From: Eledone cirrhosa
Lineage: Eukaryota
Direction: 5' to 3'
NCBI GenBank assembly: GCA_964016885.1
Contig: OZ024750.1
Span: 8,494,001-8,558,000 of the forward strand
Length of the DNA: 64,000 nt
Part shown: positions 29,532-44,445 of the stretch, piece by piece
Layout: each line of letters begins with the position of its first letter
How positions within the stretch are numbered: the first letter of the stretch is position 1
Program-made: the position numbers and the translations under genes
Notes under the pieces: model-generated
Databases searched by the model: none
What the model saw: only the letters and a program-made list of their open reading frames with translations
Told to the model about the DNA's origin: nothing

Positions 29532-32500
29532 GGTATGTATGTATGTATCTCTCTCTATATATATATAGAGAGAGAGATAGTCAGTGAGTGAGCGTCAGAG
29601 AGAGAGAAAGAGAAAGATAGTCAGATTGAGTGAGACAGAGAGAGAGAGAATGACACCATTTAGAATTGGCCATCATAAACCAAATGTTGAGAAATAAGAT
29701 TTGCCATCTGTATATATAGAATAAATAAAAAGTAAAACTGAAGTAAAGACGATAAAGTGGCAAAACATATACATACACTTACTCTCTTTCACGCACGCAC
29801 GCACACACACACACACGCACACACGCACACGCACACGTACACGTACACACACGAACACACACACACAGGTACATGCACATATACACAGGTACACACACAC
29901 TCTCGCTCACTCAAAGTTCTCACACAAGTACATACACACTCACACACACAAGTACACATACTTTCTTGCACACTCTCTGTGTCTCTGTCACATATACACA
30001 CAAGTACACACGCTCTCTCTCTCTGTCTCTCTCTCTCTCACACCGCATACACACTCACACGTACACACAGACACACACACACACACAAAGATTAAGTAGT
30101 GTAGGAGAACTAGAATGTAATGGCTTAGAGCTGAGATCGACATACTTTGTTATTGTTGATCAATAAAACAGAGCCTTCCAACAACAACAACAAAACAACA
30201 AAGAAATATGTAATAAAAGAGAAAACAAACTGTTCTGAAAATATAGAAAGTTTGAAGAGAGAACGAGCTATACTGTTTACTGTTTATATCTGTTTAGTTT
30301 CAGCTACATAACTGAATATAGAAACAAGTATGATAGTACCATGGAATTGTTAAAAAGATAACATTATTTACATATTTAGTACAAAAGTCTTCGGGAAATG
30401 ACAATTGGAGCATAAAATAGGACACACCTATTTACATGACTATTGAACAAAGCTGGTCTTCAAATTGGAATTTTATTCCCACTGGACGGAAATAGATATC
30501 GAAAAGAACTTAATTAAATATTAATATAGCACAATAACGATAAGTTGAATGGTCTGCGTTTGTAAAAAATAAAACACACGCACAACACACACAAAAAACA
30601 CTTCAAAACAAAAATATATCTACATATTAATATGCATCGTTAATGAAAGATAAGAATACATTTATAACCAAACTTCAAAAGCTCCTTGGTGGTTACCATA
30701 TCCTCAAGGAATAGCAGCCCAATTCCCCGTCTTGCAAAAACGGAGGAAAACATTAGATAATGATTTCATTCATTGGCCACTAGATAATATTTTAGATAAC
30801 CCTATAAAGACAACATGGTCCTAGCTGGTATGCCCTTAATCACATGCACGTGTGATTGATCAGTGCTGGTCTGGAGCTAAAGAGTAAGGAGGAGAAAAAA
30901 AGACTTTTCCTGAATGACATAAACAAATGTACAGTCACATATCATTCTCTCATTTGTACTCCTTTCAATAATTCTTCTCCACATATTGATTTATGTGGCT
31001 CCTCAGTTTTTCAGTACACACGCTTATTACAGTTCCGTTGATATCGATTTAAAGCCAAGCGTACTTTTCTATAAATGTAGCTGTTTTTTCGTGGGATCGA
31101 GCACCAATACTGGGTTATAAACAACCGAGTGTCAATATCCCTTGCCAATATCCGTGATCTCTGTCAGTCGCTTAATGGCAATATAGATTTCTAGTACAGT
31201 TATCTGTTAGTTTGACATCCCACTCCATTAGTGCCACACAAGCTATGGACTACAAAATACTTTCGTTATCTTGTTCAACTTCACCAGATTCTTTGTAACA
31301 CTCAGCTCTATTGAACATAGTATTAAATAATCTATTAATATTCACTCGCTCCTATTTATCTTATAATAAATTGATCGAAGCCTTAACACCTTCGTCTACG
31401 AATTAAAAGCTTCCTTTCATTACACACTGGGTGTCATAGTCTCCCAAGACCTATACAGTATATTTCATGCATTTTGAGCTAAGCAGGCAGTCATACCAGT
31501 CAAACCTCTCTCATATGATACCCTGCTTTTTTTAAAAAGCGAAGATAATACAGGCTTAGAACACCCCTAAAAGACATGATAGTCACGGATAAACTTAGAT
31601 CGTGGCTCTACTAGATCTTCCTCATCCTTGTTTACACAACTACAACGTCTACATCTATTTTGGAAAAACTCAAAGTAGCACCTACATTTAGTGGATTTTC
31701 TTTGGAGTCTATAAATGTAAGTCTATGGGTTACGGTTAATATTCTACGTGACCCAAATACGTCACGATAGGAAATATTTCTCTAATATCTGGGGGAGGAA
31801 AAACATTTAATCGTTTAATCATTAGTATCTTTGATCACACTTCAATGAATCCACTCTAACTTAACGTATTACTACTTTCACAGACACACACACACGCTCC
31901 CATACACACATATATACCCCACACACAAACACACTCCCTCACCCACATATATATACATATACGTGATTTTATATGTTTGTATTAGTCAGTCTTTGATTTG
32001 ACTTCCAATAATATAATTGTACAGAACTTGAGTATTTCTCTTCTACTTATAGAACCCTCTTTGATTCTCTTCCTTTTGACTTAGTTTCTTTCTACTAAAT
32101 CCTACGCACAGCATCATTTTCAATCATTCACTACGGATAACTTCACTAACGTGGACCAGTCTATAAATATACTTTCTTTCCCAGAGATATGGCACAAGTG
32201 ATAGTATATGCTTAGTTGAGTATATGTCCATTGTCATCTTCGCCATCTTTGCCAAACACCAAATTGCTAACTGCACTTTCAAAACAGATTCTCGATACAA
32301 CATATTTAGCTCTATATTTAGCTGAACTGTTTAGCTCTATATTTACACGATCGACTGTAAAATATATTAATTCCAGCAATTCAAATTGAAAATATCGTAC
32401 ATTTCATTAAAGTGCAACACCAATTAAGTAAGGATTGGAAGTATAGATCTAAAATTCAATTCAGTTGCGTGAAATGGAAGCTATGAAGGTATTGTGTGAA

Positions 32501-32754
32501 CAAATTGTCTCTTTTTTTTCTTAACATTTGAATTTGCAAAGATATTCTAAAAACGGTATTCCTATCTGTCTTTAAACAATTGTGGTCTTGTTTCAAATAC
32601 TTGTTGTTTCAGTCATTTTTAGGATTCTGTAAAAAAACTGTATCAGATATATATATATATCATCTTGAGGGATTTTATCGATTTAGTTTTATCGATTTAG
32701 TTTTATCGAAACGCTAATGTTACGAAACAATAAACACACATGTATACATACATG

Positions 32755-34857
<2,103 letters not shown>

Positions 34858-34859
34858 GA

Positions 34860-35001
34860 CGCAGTTTCTGCCCACCAAATTTCACTCTATTGGTCAACCC
34901 AAGGCTATAGAAGACATTTGCGCCATGTTCCACGCACTGAGACTGAGCCCACAACCGCGTGGTAACGAAGCAAACTCCATCACCACACAGCCATACGTGC
35001 G
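34860..35001 (-). mobile_element. tRNA-derived SINE (third family; related copies near 2495-2640, 45185-45330, 45950-46090)
   Basis: CAGTTTCTGCCCACCAAATTTCACT...AAGACATTTG...GACTGAGCCC...ACCACACAGCCA; tRNA-like head on the minus strand. Confidence 0.6.
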
Positions 35002-35063
35002 ATGACATGGACGTCTGTAAGAAAGGAAGCTTCTCTCCTTACAGTAATATTTCTGGCCGAAGT

Positions 35064-35221
35064 AGGGCGGTGGATTGGCTGTATCGGTAGAGCGTCGGGC
35101 GACACGCTTTATGGTATAAGGCCACGTCCCTCCCTTTACGATCCGAGTTCAAATTCCGTCGAGGTTAGCTTTGCCTTTCATTCTTACGAGGTCGATAAAA
35201 TAAAGTTCCAGTAATGCACTG
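35064..35221 (+). mobile_element. SINE family A, 5' part (tail apparently resumes at 36517-36611)
   Basis: GGGCGGTGGATTGGCTGTATCGG...GAGTTCAAATTCCGTCGAGG...CCAGTAATGCACTG; sequence after 36516 starts TGCACTGGGG...AATCGACTT...GCCTAAATTAGAAACC, the family tail. Confidence 0.8.
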
Positions 35222-35957
35222 ATATTTGTTTGTTAAAATAATCAAATTAAATCAATTCAACAGTTAAACACATATAAGAATAATAAGGTTGTTACCAAAG
35301 AGCCCAGATGATTGACAAGTCGACCCTAAATATGACTAATAGCTCTAGGAAAGCCAAGAACGACGCCACATCTTTTTAACTTTGATTTAGAAAGTAGGTT
35401 TATAATTATTAATTTTCATTATACTTTTGTAGCAGTCTCGGTGGACTAGTTGGATGAATCATGGACAGTAGTGATCCTGGTCGGGAGTAGGGTTCCCGGT
35501 AAACCTTTTCAGTTTTTTTCTGTGGGATGTAAAATAAAAACTGAAAAATATTACATGTACCTCTTGTTTAGGATTGAGCCCAAGGCCAGGATCTCCACCG
35601 TCTCTAGTACTTACCGCTAGGCCACAGAGACAAATACAAAAATCTTATGAAAATTTATACATATAAACCTATTTTCAAAACAAAATTGTGGTGTCGTTGT
35701 GGCTTTCGTAATGTTATTGTTCTTACTTAAGGTTGACTTCTAAATCAATTGGGTGTTCCATAAACTACATCTTCGTTTTGTTTCTCATCTATCTAGACTA
35801 TATTTTAACCTGTAAGCGATGTTTCATTTCTGTTACACCTCCCCCCCCCTTATCTGTGATATTTCAATCTACCCTTATTTGGGCTTACTTTATTCATATC
35901 TATGTTTTTGCATGTCAGTTAGATTCGAACTTACATTGATTGGCATTATATATATAC

Positions 35958-36324
35958 AGCATTCTATATGTAGGCCCCCCCCCTTCTTCTAGCAACCAAT
36001 ATTTTTAGACCCAGTCCGCCACTGTATATATATAATTGTTTCTACTTTAGGCACAAGGCCAGCAATTACCCAGTGCATTACTGGTACTTTATTTTATCGA
36101 CCCCGTAAGGATGAAAGGCAAAGTCAACCTCGGCGGGAGAGTTCAAATCCCGCCGAGGTTGACTTTGCCTTTCATCCTTACGGGGTCTATAAAATAAAGT
36201 ACCAGTAATGCACTGGGTAATTGCTGGCCTTGTGCCTAAAGTAGAAACAATTATATATATACAGTGGCGGACTGGGTCTAAAAATATTGGTTGCTAGATG
36301 AAGCGGGGCTACATATAGAATGCT
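35958..36324. repeat. Near-perfect inverted repeat (~180 bp arms, 9-nt spacer) of SINE 3' half plus MITE end
   Basis: Left arm 35958-36138 is the reverse complement of right arm 36148-36324; spacer GAGTTCAAA. Confidence 0.95.
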
Positions 36325-36516
36325 ATCATTTAATTTTTGACCAAATTGTTGACCAAATGCTTTGCTTAATTGTTTTATTTATTTCTAAAAAAAATTTATT
36401 CTTTCGCTTAGACTTCAGCTATGTTGGTCCCTAAAATACTATAGTAGGCCCCGCAATGCTACCGTGGTTCCCCTGCGGCCCACTTGACATTGGGCATCTT
36501 GGCCAGTCCGCCACTG
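36262..36516. mobile_element. MITE with 14-bp TIRs CAGTGGCGGACTGG (hAT-like termini)
   Basis: CAGTGGCGGACTGG at 36262-36275 and CCAGTCCGCCACTG at 36503-36516; a third TIR copy at 36011-36024. Confidence 0.7.
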
Positions 36517-37009
36517 TGCACTGGGGGGGGGGGGGGGTCAATTTAATCGACTTTCATCGACTTTCCTCTCCCCCAAATTGTTGGTTTTCTGCCTAAATTA
36601 GAAACCATTATTTCTCACCGGAATTTTAACGAATAAGCTCAGGAATGCAATGTCTCACTTCAATCAAATCAAAAGAAGAAGAAAAAAATGTTTTACTGGA
36701 TCAATTACGGCAAACTCCTAGCCATAGTATTTTTAGTATAGTCGATATTACAGTACAAACAGGTTTACTTGAATAAGTATCGATCTTAATGATTAATTAC
36801 AGTCTTAACGTTAACATGTCTTAACCTATGTGTTTTGTAAATCTATAACCAACGACGCTATTGTTCACAATTTGTATGATATTACAACTAAAATGAAGCA
36901 GTACTATACACAACAACACCAGCACACAAACGTAGCAACAACCACTACTATAACAAGAACTACAAAAACAAAGCAACAAAACAACATAACAATCATAAAA
37001 ATAAAAATA

Positions 37010-37722
37010 ATGGTTTCTGATTTTGGCACAAGGCCAACAATTTTGATGGAGAGGGAAAGTTCATTAAATCGACCTTAGTGCTTGACTGCTATGTATTTTA
37101 TCGATGCCACCACAAGGATTAATAGCAGTGTTGACCTTGGCGAGACTTGATTTCAGAACAGAAAGAGCCGAGAGAAATGCTGCAAGGTATTTTTGTCCGT
37201 TGATCTATCGATTCTGCCCCCCCCCCCTCCTATAAGGTTTCTAATTTAGGTAAAAGACCATTCATCCTTAGTACATGACTGGTATCGACTTCAAGATGAT
37301 GTCTCAGCGGGGCAGAACAAATATAACTGTCTAATTTTGGCACAAGGCCAGCAATTTGAAGGAAAGGAGAAAGTCGATTAAATCGATCCAGTGCGTTTCC
37401 AGTACTTTATTTTATCGACCCCTGTAACGATGAAAGGCAAAGCTAACATCGGCGGGATTTGAACTCATAACTTAAAGGGACGTAACCATATGCCGTAATG
37501 GTTTCTGTGTTAGGCACAAGACCAATAATGTTTGGTGGGAGGGGAAAGGTGATTAGATTGACTTCAGTGCGTTATTGGTACTTTATTTTATCGACCTCCT
37601 CAGGATGAAATGCAAAGCTAACCTCGGCGGGATTTGAACTCAGAAGGTAAAAAGGAAGTAACTATATGCTTCAAACACACATGTTGTTTGACGCTCTACC
37701 GATTACTGCCAATCCACCGTCC
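37010..37722 (-). mobile_element. Cluster of three same-orientation SINE family A copies
   Basis: Copies at ~37010-37218, ~37330-37497 and ~37498-37722, each with GGCACAAG..CA, TTTATCGA, and GATTT(G/C)A..TCA motifs. Confidence 0.85.
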
Positions 37723-37787
37723 TCAGAACAAATATAACAATAACAACAGCACATCAATCGAATAAAAAACAATCTCTCTGCCCAACG

Positions 37788-37916
37788 CCATCATCATCAC
37801 CATCATCATCATCACCATCATCACCATCATCATCATCATCATCATCATCATCACCATCATCACCGTCATCATCACCGTCATCACCACCATCACCACCATC
37901 ATCATCACCATCATCA
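37788..37916. repeat. (CAT/CAC)n trinucleotide repeat
   Basis: Direct reading. Confidence 0.9.
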
Positions 37917-39489
37917 GACATTCCTATACAGTCAAACATAAAAAAACACTTCTGTACGATTAATATATCGGCATTTACCATCTGCAAATGTAACAAACAA
38001 TTTAAAACGGAACAAAGAAATATCTATCTATTTAGTAGTAACAAATGTACCAAATGGAATACTCTCGTCTCGCCAATTTCTTGTGGCATTTGGCATTGGG
38101 TAAAGAAAGCACATTTGCATTTTGGGGGAAAGAAATAATGGACACAATTAAACATTTGATGAGGGTGAACAGTTCAATCTACTCTTTCTCCTACATACTT
38201 CCTTACTTTGGTTTAATAGAAAGCTTTTATGAAGATTTTCAGAAAATTAGCTGGCCATCAAGGAAGGAGAGTTATTGTTGTTCACCTTCTTCATTGTCTT
38301 CTTCTTTTCCTTCAAATTTTTCTTTATTTTTCTTCTTTTTCATCTTTTTCTTTTTCTTCTTTTTCATCTTTTTCTTTTTCTTTTTCTTCTTTTTCATCTT
38401 TTTCTTTTTCTTCTTTTTCATCTTTTTCATTTTCTTCGTCTTCTTCTTCTCGTACTTTTGTATTCTTTATGAATTTCTCTCTCTCTATCTTTCTCTTTGG
38501 CTTTTGTTTTATTGTTTCGTTTATCATTCTTTCGATTTGTTTTCTGTCATAATTCGTTTGCTTCTTTCTTTCTTTCACATTTCTTTTCTCATTATTTCTT
38601 TTTTTCTTTTTAGTTGAATTTTTATATTTTCTTTCGTACTTTCTTTCCCTTTCTCTTTGCTCTTTCCATTTATATTATTGCCCCCCTCGCAATTCTATCT
38701 ACCTACATATTTACATATCTATGTTCTTTCTTTCTTTCTTTCTTTCCAATTTGTTTATTTGTTATTTATTTGCTCGTTCTTGCAATATTTCCCCCTTTTT
38801 TTAAATCCTTTCTATCTCCTTCATTCCATCTCTTTCCTTTCATTTCTCATTCTTTTTTCCTCTCTTTCCATATTTACATAAAGTCGACCAACTCATTGCT
38901 CCATCTTACATTTTTTTTCCACATTACATCTTTTCTTCACTTTCTTTTCTTCACTTTCTCCTTCCATCTTTCTTTTCTTCTTTTTCTTTCTTTTCTTCTT
39001 TTTCTTTCTTTTCTTCTTTTTCTTTCTTTTCTTCTTTCTTCTTGTTTCATTCGCAGAAGTTGTAGACAGGAAGTGTAATTAATCTAGCCAATTCTGAGAT
39101 AATAACGAAGACAATGATGATGTTGTTTTGATGATGGTGATAATAACTATAATGGTAATGGTGGTGGTGGTGAGGATGATGGTAAGGTAGCGGTGGTGGG
39201 AGTGATGATGATGATGATAATAGGTGGTGGTGCCGGTGGTAGTAACGATGACAGTAGTTGTGGTGCTGGTAACATTGATAGTGATGATGATAATGATGGT
39301 GGTGATGATGATGATGATTGGTGGTAATGATGATGATGATGATAATTAGCATCATCGTGAAATGTTTGCGCAAAGAATCAGATGTACCAGTGTGTGTGGT
39401 TATGGGTGTGTGTGTGTGTGTGTGGTTATGGGTGTGTGTGTGTGTGTGCGAGTGCGTGTATATATTTGTTGTTGTTTGCTTGTACATGG

Positions 39490-40660
39490 GTGTTTGTGTT
39501 AGCAGGTGTGTAGGTAAGTGCGTGCGTATGGTTGTGTAGGCAGGTATGTGCCGTGTATGTGTGTTTGTGTTAGCGTATGGTTGTGTAGGCAGGTATGTGC
39601 CGTGTATGTATGTATGTGTGTTTGTGTTAGCGTATGGTTGTGTAGGCAGGTATCTGCCGTGTATGTATGTGTGTTTGTGTTAGGGTATGGTTGTGTACGC
39701 AGGTATCTGCCGTGTATGTGTGTTTGTGTCAGCGTATGGTTGTGTACGCAGGTATGTGCCGTGTGTTTGTGTTAGCGTATGGTTGTGTACTCAGGTATGT
39801 GTGTTTGTGTTAGCGTATGGTTGTGTACGCAGGTATGTGCCGTGTATGTGTGTTTGTGTTAGGGTATGGTTGTGTACTCAGGTATGTGTGTTTGTGTTAG
39901 CGTATGGTTGTGTACGCAGGTATGTGCCGTGTATGTGTGTTTGTGTTAGCGTATGTTTTTGTACGCAGGTATGTGCCGTGTATGTGTGTTTGTGTTAGCG
40001 TATGGTTTTGTACGAAGGTATGTGCCGTGTATGTGTTTGTGTTAGCGTATGGTTGTGTACGCAGGTATGTGCCGTGTATGTGTGTTTGTGTTAGGGTATG
40101 GTTGTGTACGCAGGTATGTGCCGTGTATGTGTGTTTGTGTTAGGGTATGGTTGTGTACGCAGGTATGTGCCGTGTATGTGTGTTTGTGTTAGCGTATGGT
40201 TTTGTACGCAGGTATGTGCCGTGTATGTGTGTTTGTGTTAGCGTATGGTTGTGTACGAAGGTATGTGCCGTGTATGTGTGTTTGTGTTAGGGTATGGTTG
40301 TGTACGCAGGTATGTGCCGTGTATGTGTGTTTGTGTTAGGGTATGGTTGTGTACGCAGGTATGTGCCGTGTATGTGTGTTTGTGTTAGCGTATGGTTTTG
40401 TACGCAGGTATGTGCCGTGTATGTGTGTTTGTGTTAGCGTATGGTTGTGTACGAAGGTATGTGCCGTGTATGTGTGTTTGTGTCAGCGTATGGTTTTGTA
40501 CGCAGGTATGTACCGTGTTTGTGTGTTTGTGTTAGCGTATGGTTGTGTACTCAGGTATGTGTGTTTCTGTTAGCGTATGGTTGTGTACGCAGGTATGTGC
40601 CGTGTATGTGTTTGTGTTAGCGTATGGTTGTGAACGCAGGTATGTGGCGTGTATGTGTGT
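39490..40660. repeat. ~49-bp GT-rich minisatellite, >20 copies
   Basis: Unit GTGTTTGTGTTAG(C/G)GTATGGTTGTGTACGCAGGTATGTGCCGTGTATGT with occasional shorter variants. Confidence 0.95.
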
Positions 40661-40754
40661 GATTGTTTGCCTATACGAGTGTTGGTGTTAGCGGGTGTGT
40701 ACTTAAATGCATACGTGAGTGTGTCGGTGCTTCTGTGTGTGCGTATGTATGTGC

Positions 40755-40806
<52 letters not shown>

Positions 40807-41199
40807 GCTTGTGTGTGTGTATATATATGTGTGTGTGTGTGTGTGTGATGATTACTCTAACTTGTGTTACTGAATGATAACTAATCTCTGGCGTTTGTCT
40901 TTTGAGTTTGAGGTCAAAGTATGCCGCAAGTAATCAGAAGAGGTCACGGTTTCCGTTCCAAGCAGTTCTTTTAATTTCTGTAGGAAGGTGGATAGGGGAG
41001 AGGAGGGAGGGAGGGTGGGTGGTTGCTTTTCAGGTAAATGTTACTAATACAATCACATTTCTGCTACCATCATCGACATCACCAACATAACATTACTACC
41101 ATCACCAATATCACCACCACTATCACCATCACTAATATTACATCTTCTGTTGCTGTAGCATGGCCGAATTTTTAAGAAATTCGTTTCGTAATCATTAGG

Positions 41200-41775
41200 T
41201 TTGGGGTTCTGAGTTCAAAACCCGCCGGAGAGCGTCGGATAGTTATGGGGCTTTGTTTTGTGTTCCCGCCGAAGTTAGTTTTGCCTTTCATCTTTACGGG
41301 GTCGATACACATAGCATCAGTAATGTACTGATGTCGATTTAATCGATTTTCCCCTCTCCCCAAAATTGTTGGTCTTATGCCTAAATCAGAATCAGGATTG
41401 GCAGGGTCGGACGCCATGCTTTGACGCATAGTTACGGCCCTTGCCATTCTGAGTTCAAATCCCGCCGAGGTTAACTTTGCCTTTCATCCTTACGGGGTCG
41501 ATAAAATAAAGTACCAGTAATGCACTGGGTATTTTGCTGACCTTGTGCCAAAAAGTAGAAACAATTATTATTACTAGTAGAGGGTAGTGAATTGGCAGCA
41601 TCGGTAGAGCGTCAGACACCATGCTTTACAGCATAGAGTTATGGCCCTTTACGTTTTGAGTTCAAATCCCGCCGAGGTTAATTTTACCTTTCATCCTTAC
41701 GGGGTCGATAAAATAAAGTACCAGTAATGCTCTGGGATAATTGCTGGCCTTGTGCCAAAAGTAGAACAATTATTA
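41200..41775 (+). mobile_element. Cluster of three head-to-tail SINE family A copies
   Basis: Copies at ~41200-41395, ~41396-41570 and ~41580-41775, each with GAGTTCAAA.CCCGCC and CCTTTCATC.TTACGGGGTCGATA. Confidence 0.9.
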
Positions 41776-42256
41776 TTACTAGCAGAAAAACCACCCTTCG
41801 GGTGGTTTTCTGCTAGCATGTGTAGTGTGTATATTGATATTATACGCAGGTATATATACATGTTGATATGATACATCAAATAACATCGTAATTGACAATA
41901 TATAATACATAGAAATTGAACGAAGACTGCGTTACACTGTCTTATCTAATCAGTGTATCCATGATACATTAAAAAAGACGATATTATATATAAACTGCAT
42001 TAGGAGAAAATTAGTGACAGAAAATTAGTATGTTTATCTTAGCGATGGCCAACCGGAAGTGTTGACATTTCAGAAATTTTAAAGAAGTGAATCTTTAAAT
42101 AAACAAAATATATTTAATTAACAGCCACGAAATTTAGTAGATAAATTATGTAATATTCATTCATTATTTATTCGAAGTAATCCAACTTATTTTACTAATA
42201 GGATAAACAATTATAAACCGCACGCAGTCCCGCGCTCCTTACTTTATTAGAGTTTA

Positions 42257-42450
42257 GATTGTTAGAACGCCAGACAAAATTCCTTGCGGCATTTAGTTAC
42301 GAATCTTTACCTTCTGCGTTGAAATCCTATTGAGGTCAACTTTGCCTTTCAGTGTCAATAAAATAAACTAGTAGTCAAGTTCCAGTGATGAATTAGTCGA
42401 CTCTCCTTTGCTTCAAAATTGTTGGCCTTTAGCCTACATTAGAAGACATT
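42257..42450 (+). mobile_element. SINE family A copy (older)
   Basis: GTTAGAACGCCAGACAAAAT...GAGGTCAACTTTGCCTTTCA...AAAATTGTTGGCCTT. Confidence 0.7.
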
Positions 42451-42484
42451 ATTTTTATATAGTGTATCGCACCTGAAACGAGAT

Positions 42485-42690
42485 ACAAGCTAGCTGTGTC
42501 GGCATATGAACACGATGTCACTATCAAGGTGTCGTCGTTCACATCAGAAACTGTTGTGGTCGGTGTTATACTGAAGGAATATGTGTTAGTAGTAGAAGCA
42601 ATCAATAAACTCGCTATATCCATGATTTTCAATGTCGGCACCTTCGGAGATAGTTCCATGCTCCGGCAGATCCGTCTATGTTGCTTGAGA
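42485..42690 (+). mobile_element. Highly decayed L1/Tx1-like RT fragment
   Basis: VSAYEHDVTIKVSS...LKEYVLVVEAINK resembles VSAYADDVTVFVS...L..YE...GAKIN of Tx1-like RTs. Confidence 0.4.
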
Positions 42691-42834
42691 TCTGATATGG
42701 ATAAGATTTCCACATTGAAAATAATTTTCAGATCAAAATGACTGAGTAAAACACACGTGCTTTTCTTGGGTAAATTTTGTTTCTGTTTTTTCCTTTTCTT
42801 ACTCTCGTCTATCTTTCCTTCTGTCTCTCATTCT

Positions 42835-42905
42835 AGTTTCCGATGAAAGATCAACGTCCGAAACGTTAAGACGTTTTCCTACTGCATTAAACTAATACAT
42901 ATAAT
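42835..42905 (+). mobile_element. Decayed Penelope-like terminal repeat with degenerate hammerhead
   Basis: TTTCCGATGAAAGATCAACGTCCGAAACGTTAAGAC...AAACTAATA, similar to 947-982(-) and 48148-48220. Confidence 0.5.
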
Positions 42906-43101
42906 CATCATTCTACTGCGTTACTCTGCTGTGTTGCCTCATTGATCTTGCACGCGCACGCGCACGCGCACGAACACACGCGCACACGCACGAACACACG
43001 CACGAGGAGGAGGATATATGTGTGTGCGCATGGAAGAGAGAAAGAAAAAGATGTTGGAGAGCTATAGAAACGACCTATTGCATATATGTCTGAGAGAATA
43101 A

Positions 43102-43290
43102 TTGTTTCTACTTTTGGCACAAGGCCAGCAATTACTCAGTACATTACTGGTACTTTATTTTATCGACCTCTGTATGGATGAAAGGCAAAGTTAACCTCGG
43201 CGGGATTTGAACTCGGATCATAAAGGGACGTAACTATGCTGGAAAGTATGGCGTCCGACCCTCTACCGATACTGCCTATCCACAGTCCTG
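43102..43290 (-). mobile_element. SINE family A, full length, with perfect 15-bp TSD
   Basis: TSD TGTCTGAGAGAATAA at 43087-43101 and 43291-43305; A/B boxes and core intact. Confidence 0.92.
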
Positions 43291-43778
43291 TGTCTGAGAG
43301 AATAACCACAATGAGATATAACTGTGTGTACCTGTAATGTGTTGAGTATATATGTATATGTGATTATCTATGTCTGCATGGATGTGTGTTGTGTTATATA
43401 TGTATGACTGCATGGATGTGTGTTGTGTATATATGTATGTTTGCATGGTTGTGTGTATATGTATGTCTGCATGGTTGTGTGTTTATGTATGTCTGCATGG
43501 TTGTGTGTTGTGTTATATATTTGTAATTATCTATGGTTGCATAGGTGTATGTTAGTGTATATGAGGGATTGTATGTCTGTATGAATGCGTTGTGTACGTA
43601 TCATTGTGTATGTTGTGTGTATGTGTATTTTGTAGTATATATATATATATGGGATTATACGTTTGCATGAGTGTGTTGTGTATGTTCATGTGTATTAGTT
43701 GTGTTTGTGTGATTATGTATGTCTATATAATTGTGTATAGGTGTATGTTTGTGTTTAGGTGTATATTTGTGAGAGAGA

Positions 43779-43842
<64 letters not shown>

Positions 43843-44149
43843 GAGTGGGTGTGTGTGTGTTAAATTTATTGTAGCATAATTAAAGTTATCATTTTCAGTT
43901 AATTATAAAGTAGAAGCAGAACTGAAATATAATGAGGAATATTAGAGAAATTGTTTAAATTACTGTGTCAAAAGCCAGGAGTTCAAGACCTAGCAGTGTT
44001 ACGGTCTTATCTCCGTCATGAAAAGCAATACCCACTCTATTGTGTATCTAGCTCTGTCGAAAAATGGTCACCTAACTGATTGCAAGTAAGCTAACCTCTC
44101 TTTGTCTTTTCTATACATATTACACTACTACAGTGTTAAACTTACGTCG

Positions 44150-44445
44150 GTTCTAACGACGTGTGTTCCAGTTATTTGGACAACGTGAAATTTATGTGTA
44201 AGTGGCTAAATATTCCACAGACACGTGTACGCTTAACGTAGTTCTCAAGGAGAGTCAACGTTATGCAGTCTATGATAATTCTGCCCATTTGAATTACAGG
44301 TACAATTGATTTTTTTTCCATGCTGAGTTAATCAGAGCAACGTGAAATAAAGTGTCTTGCTCAAGAACACAATGTGCTGCCGTGAATCGAACTAATGACC
44401 TCTCGATCACAAACCGAACACTCTAACCACTAAGCCATACACCGT
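44150..44445 (-). mobile_element. SINE family B copy
   Basis: GAGCAACGTGAAATAAAGTGTCTTGCTCAAGAACAC...GAATCGAAC...CACTCTAACCACTAAGCCA (reverse complement of a tRNA-like head with A/B boxes). Confidence 0.75.

Noticed and set aside
38045-39078. Phe-rich membrane-protein-like ORFs
   Set aside because: Low-complexity T/C-rich tract.
39490-40660. Cys-rich repeat protein or CRISPR array
   Set aside because: GT-derived minisatellite with a 49-bp non-triplet period and frequent stops; no unique spacers.
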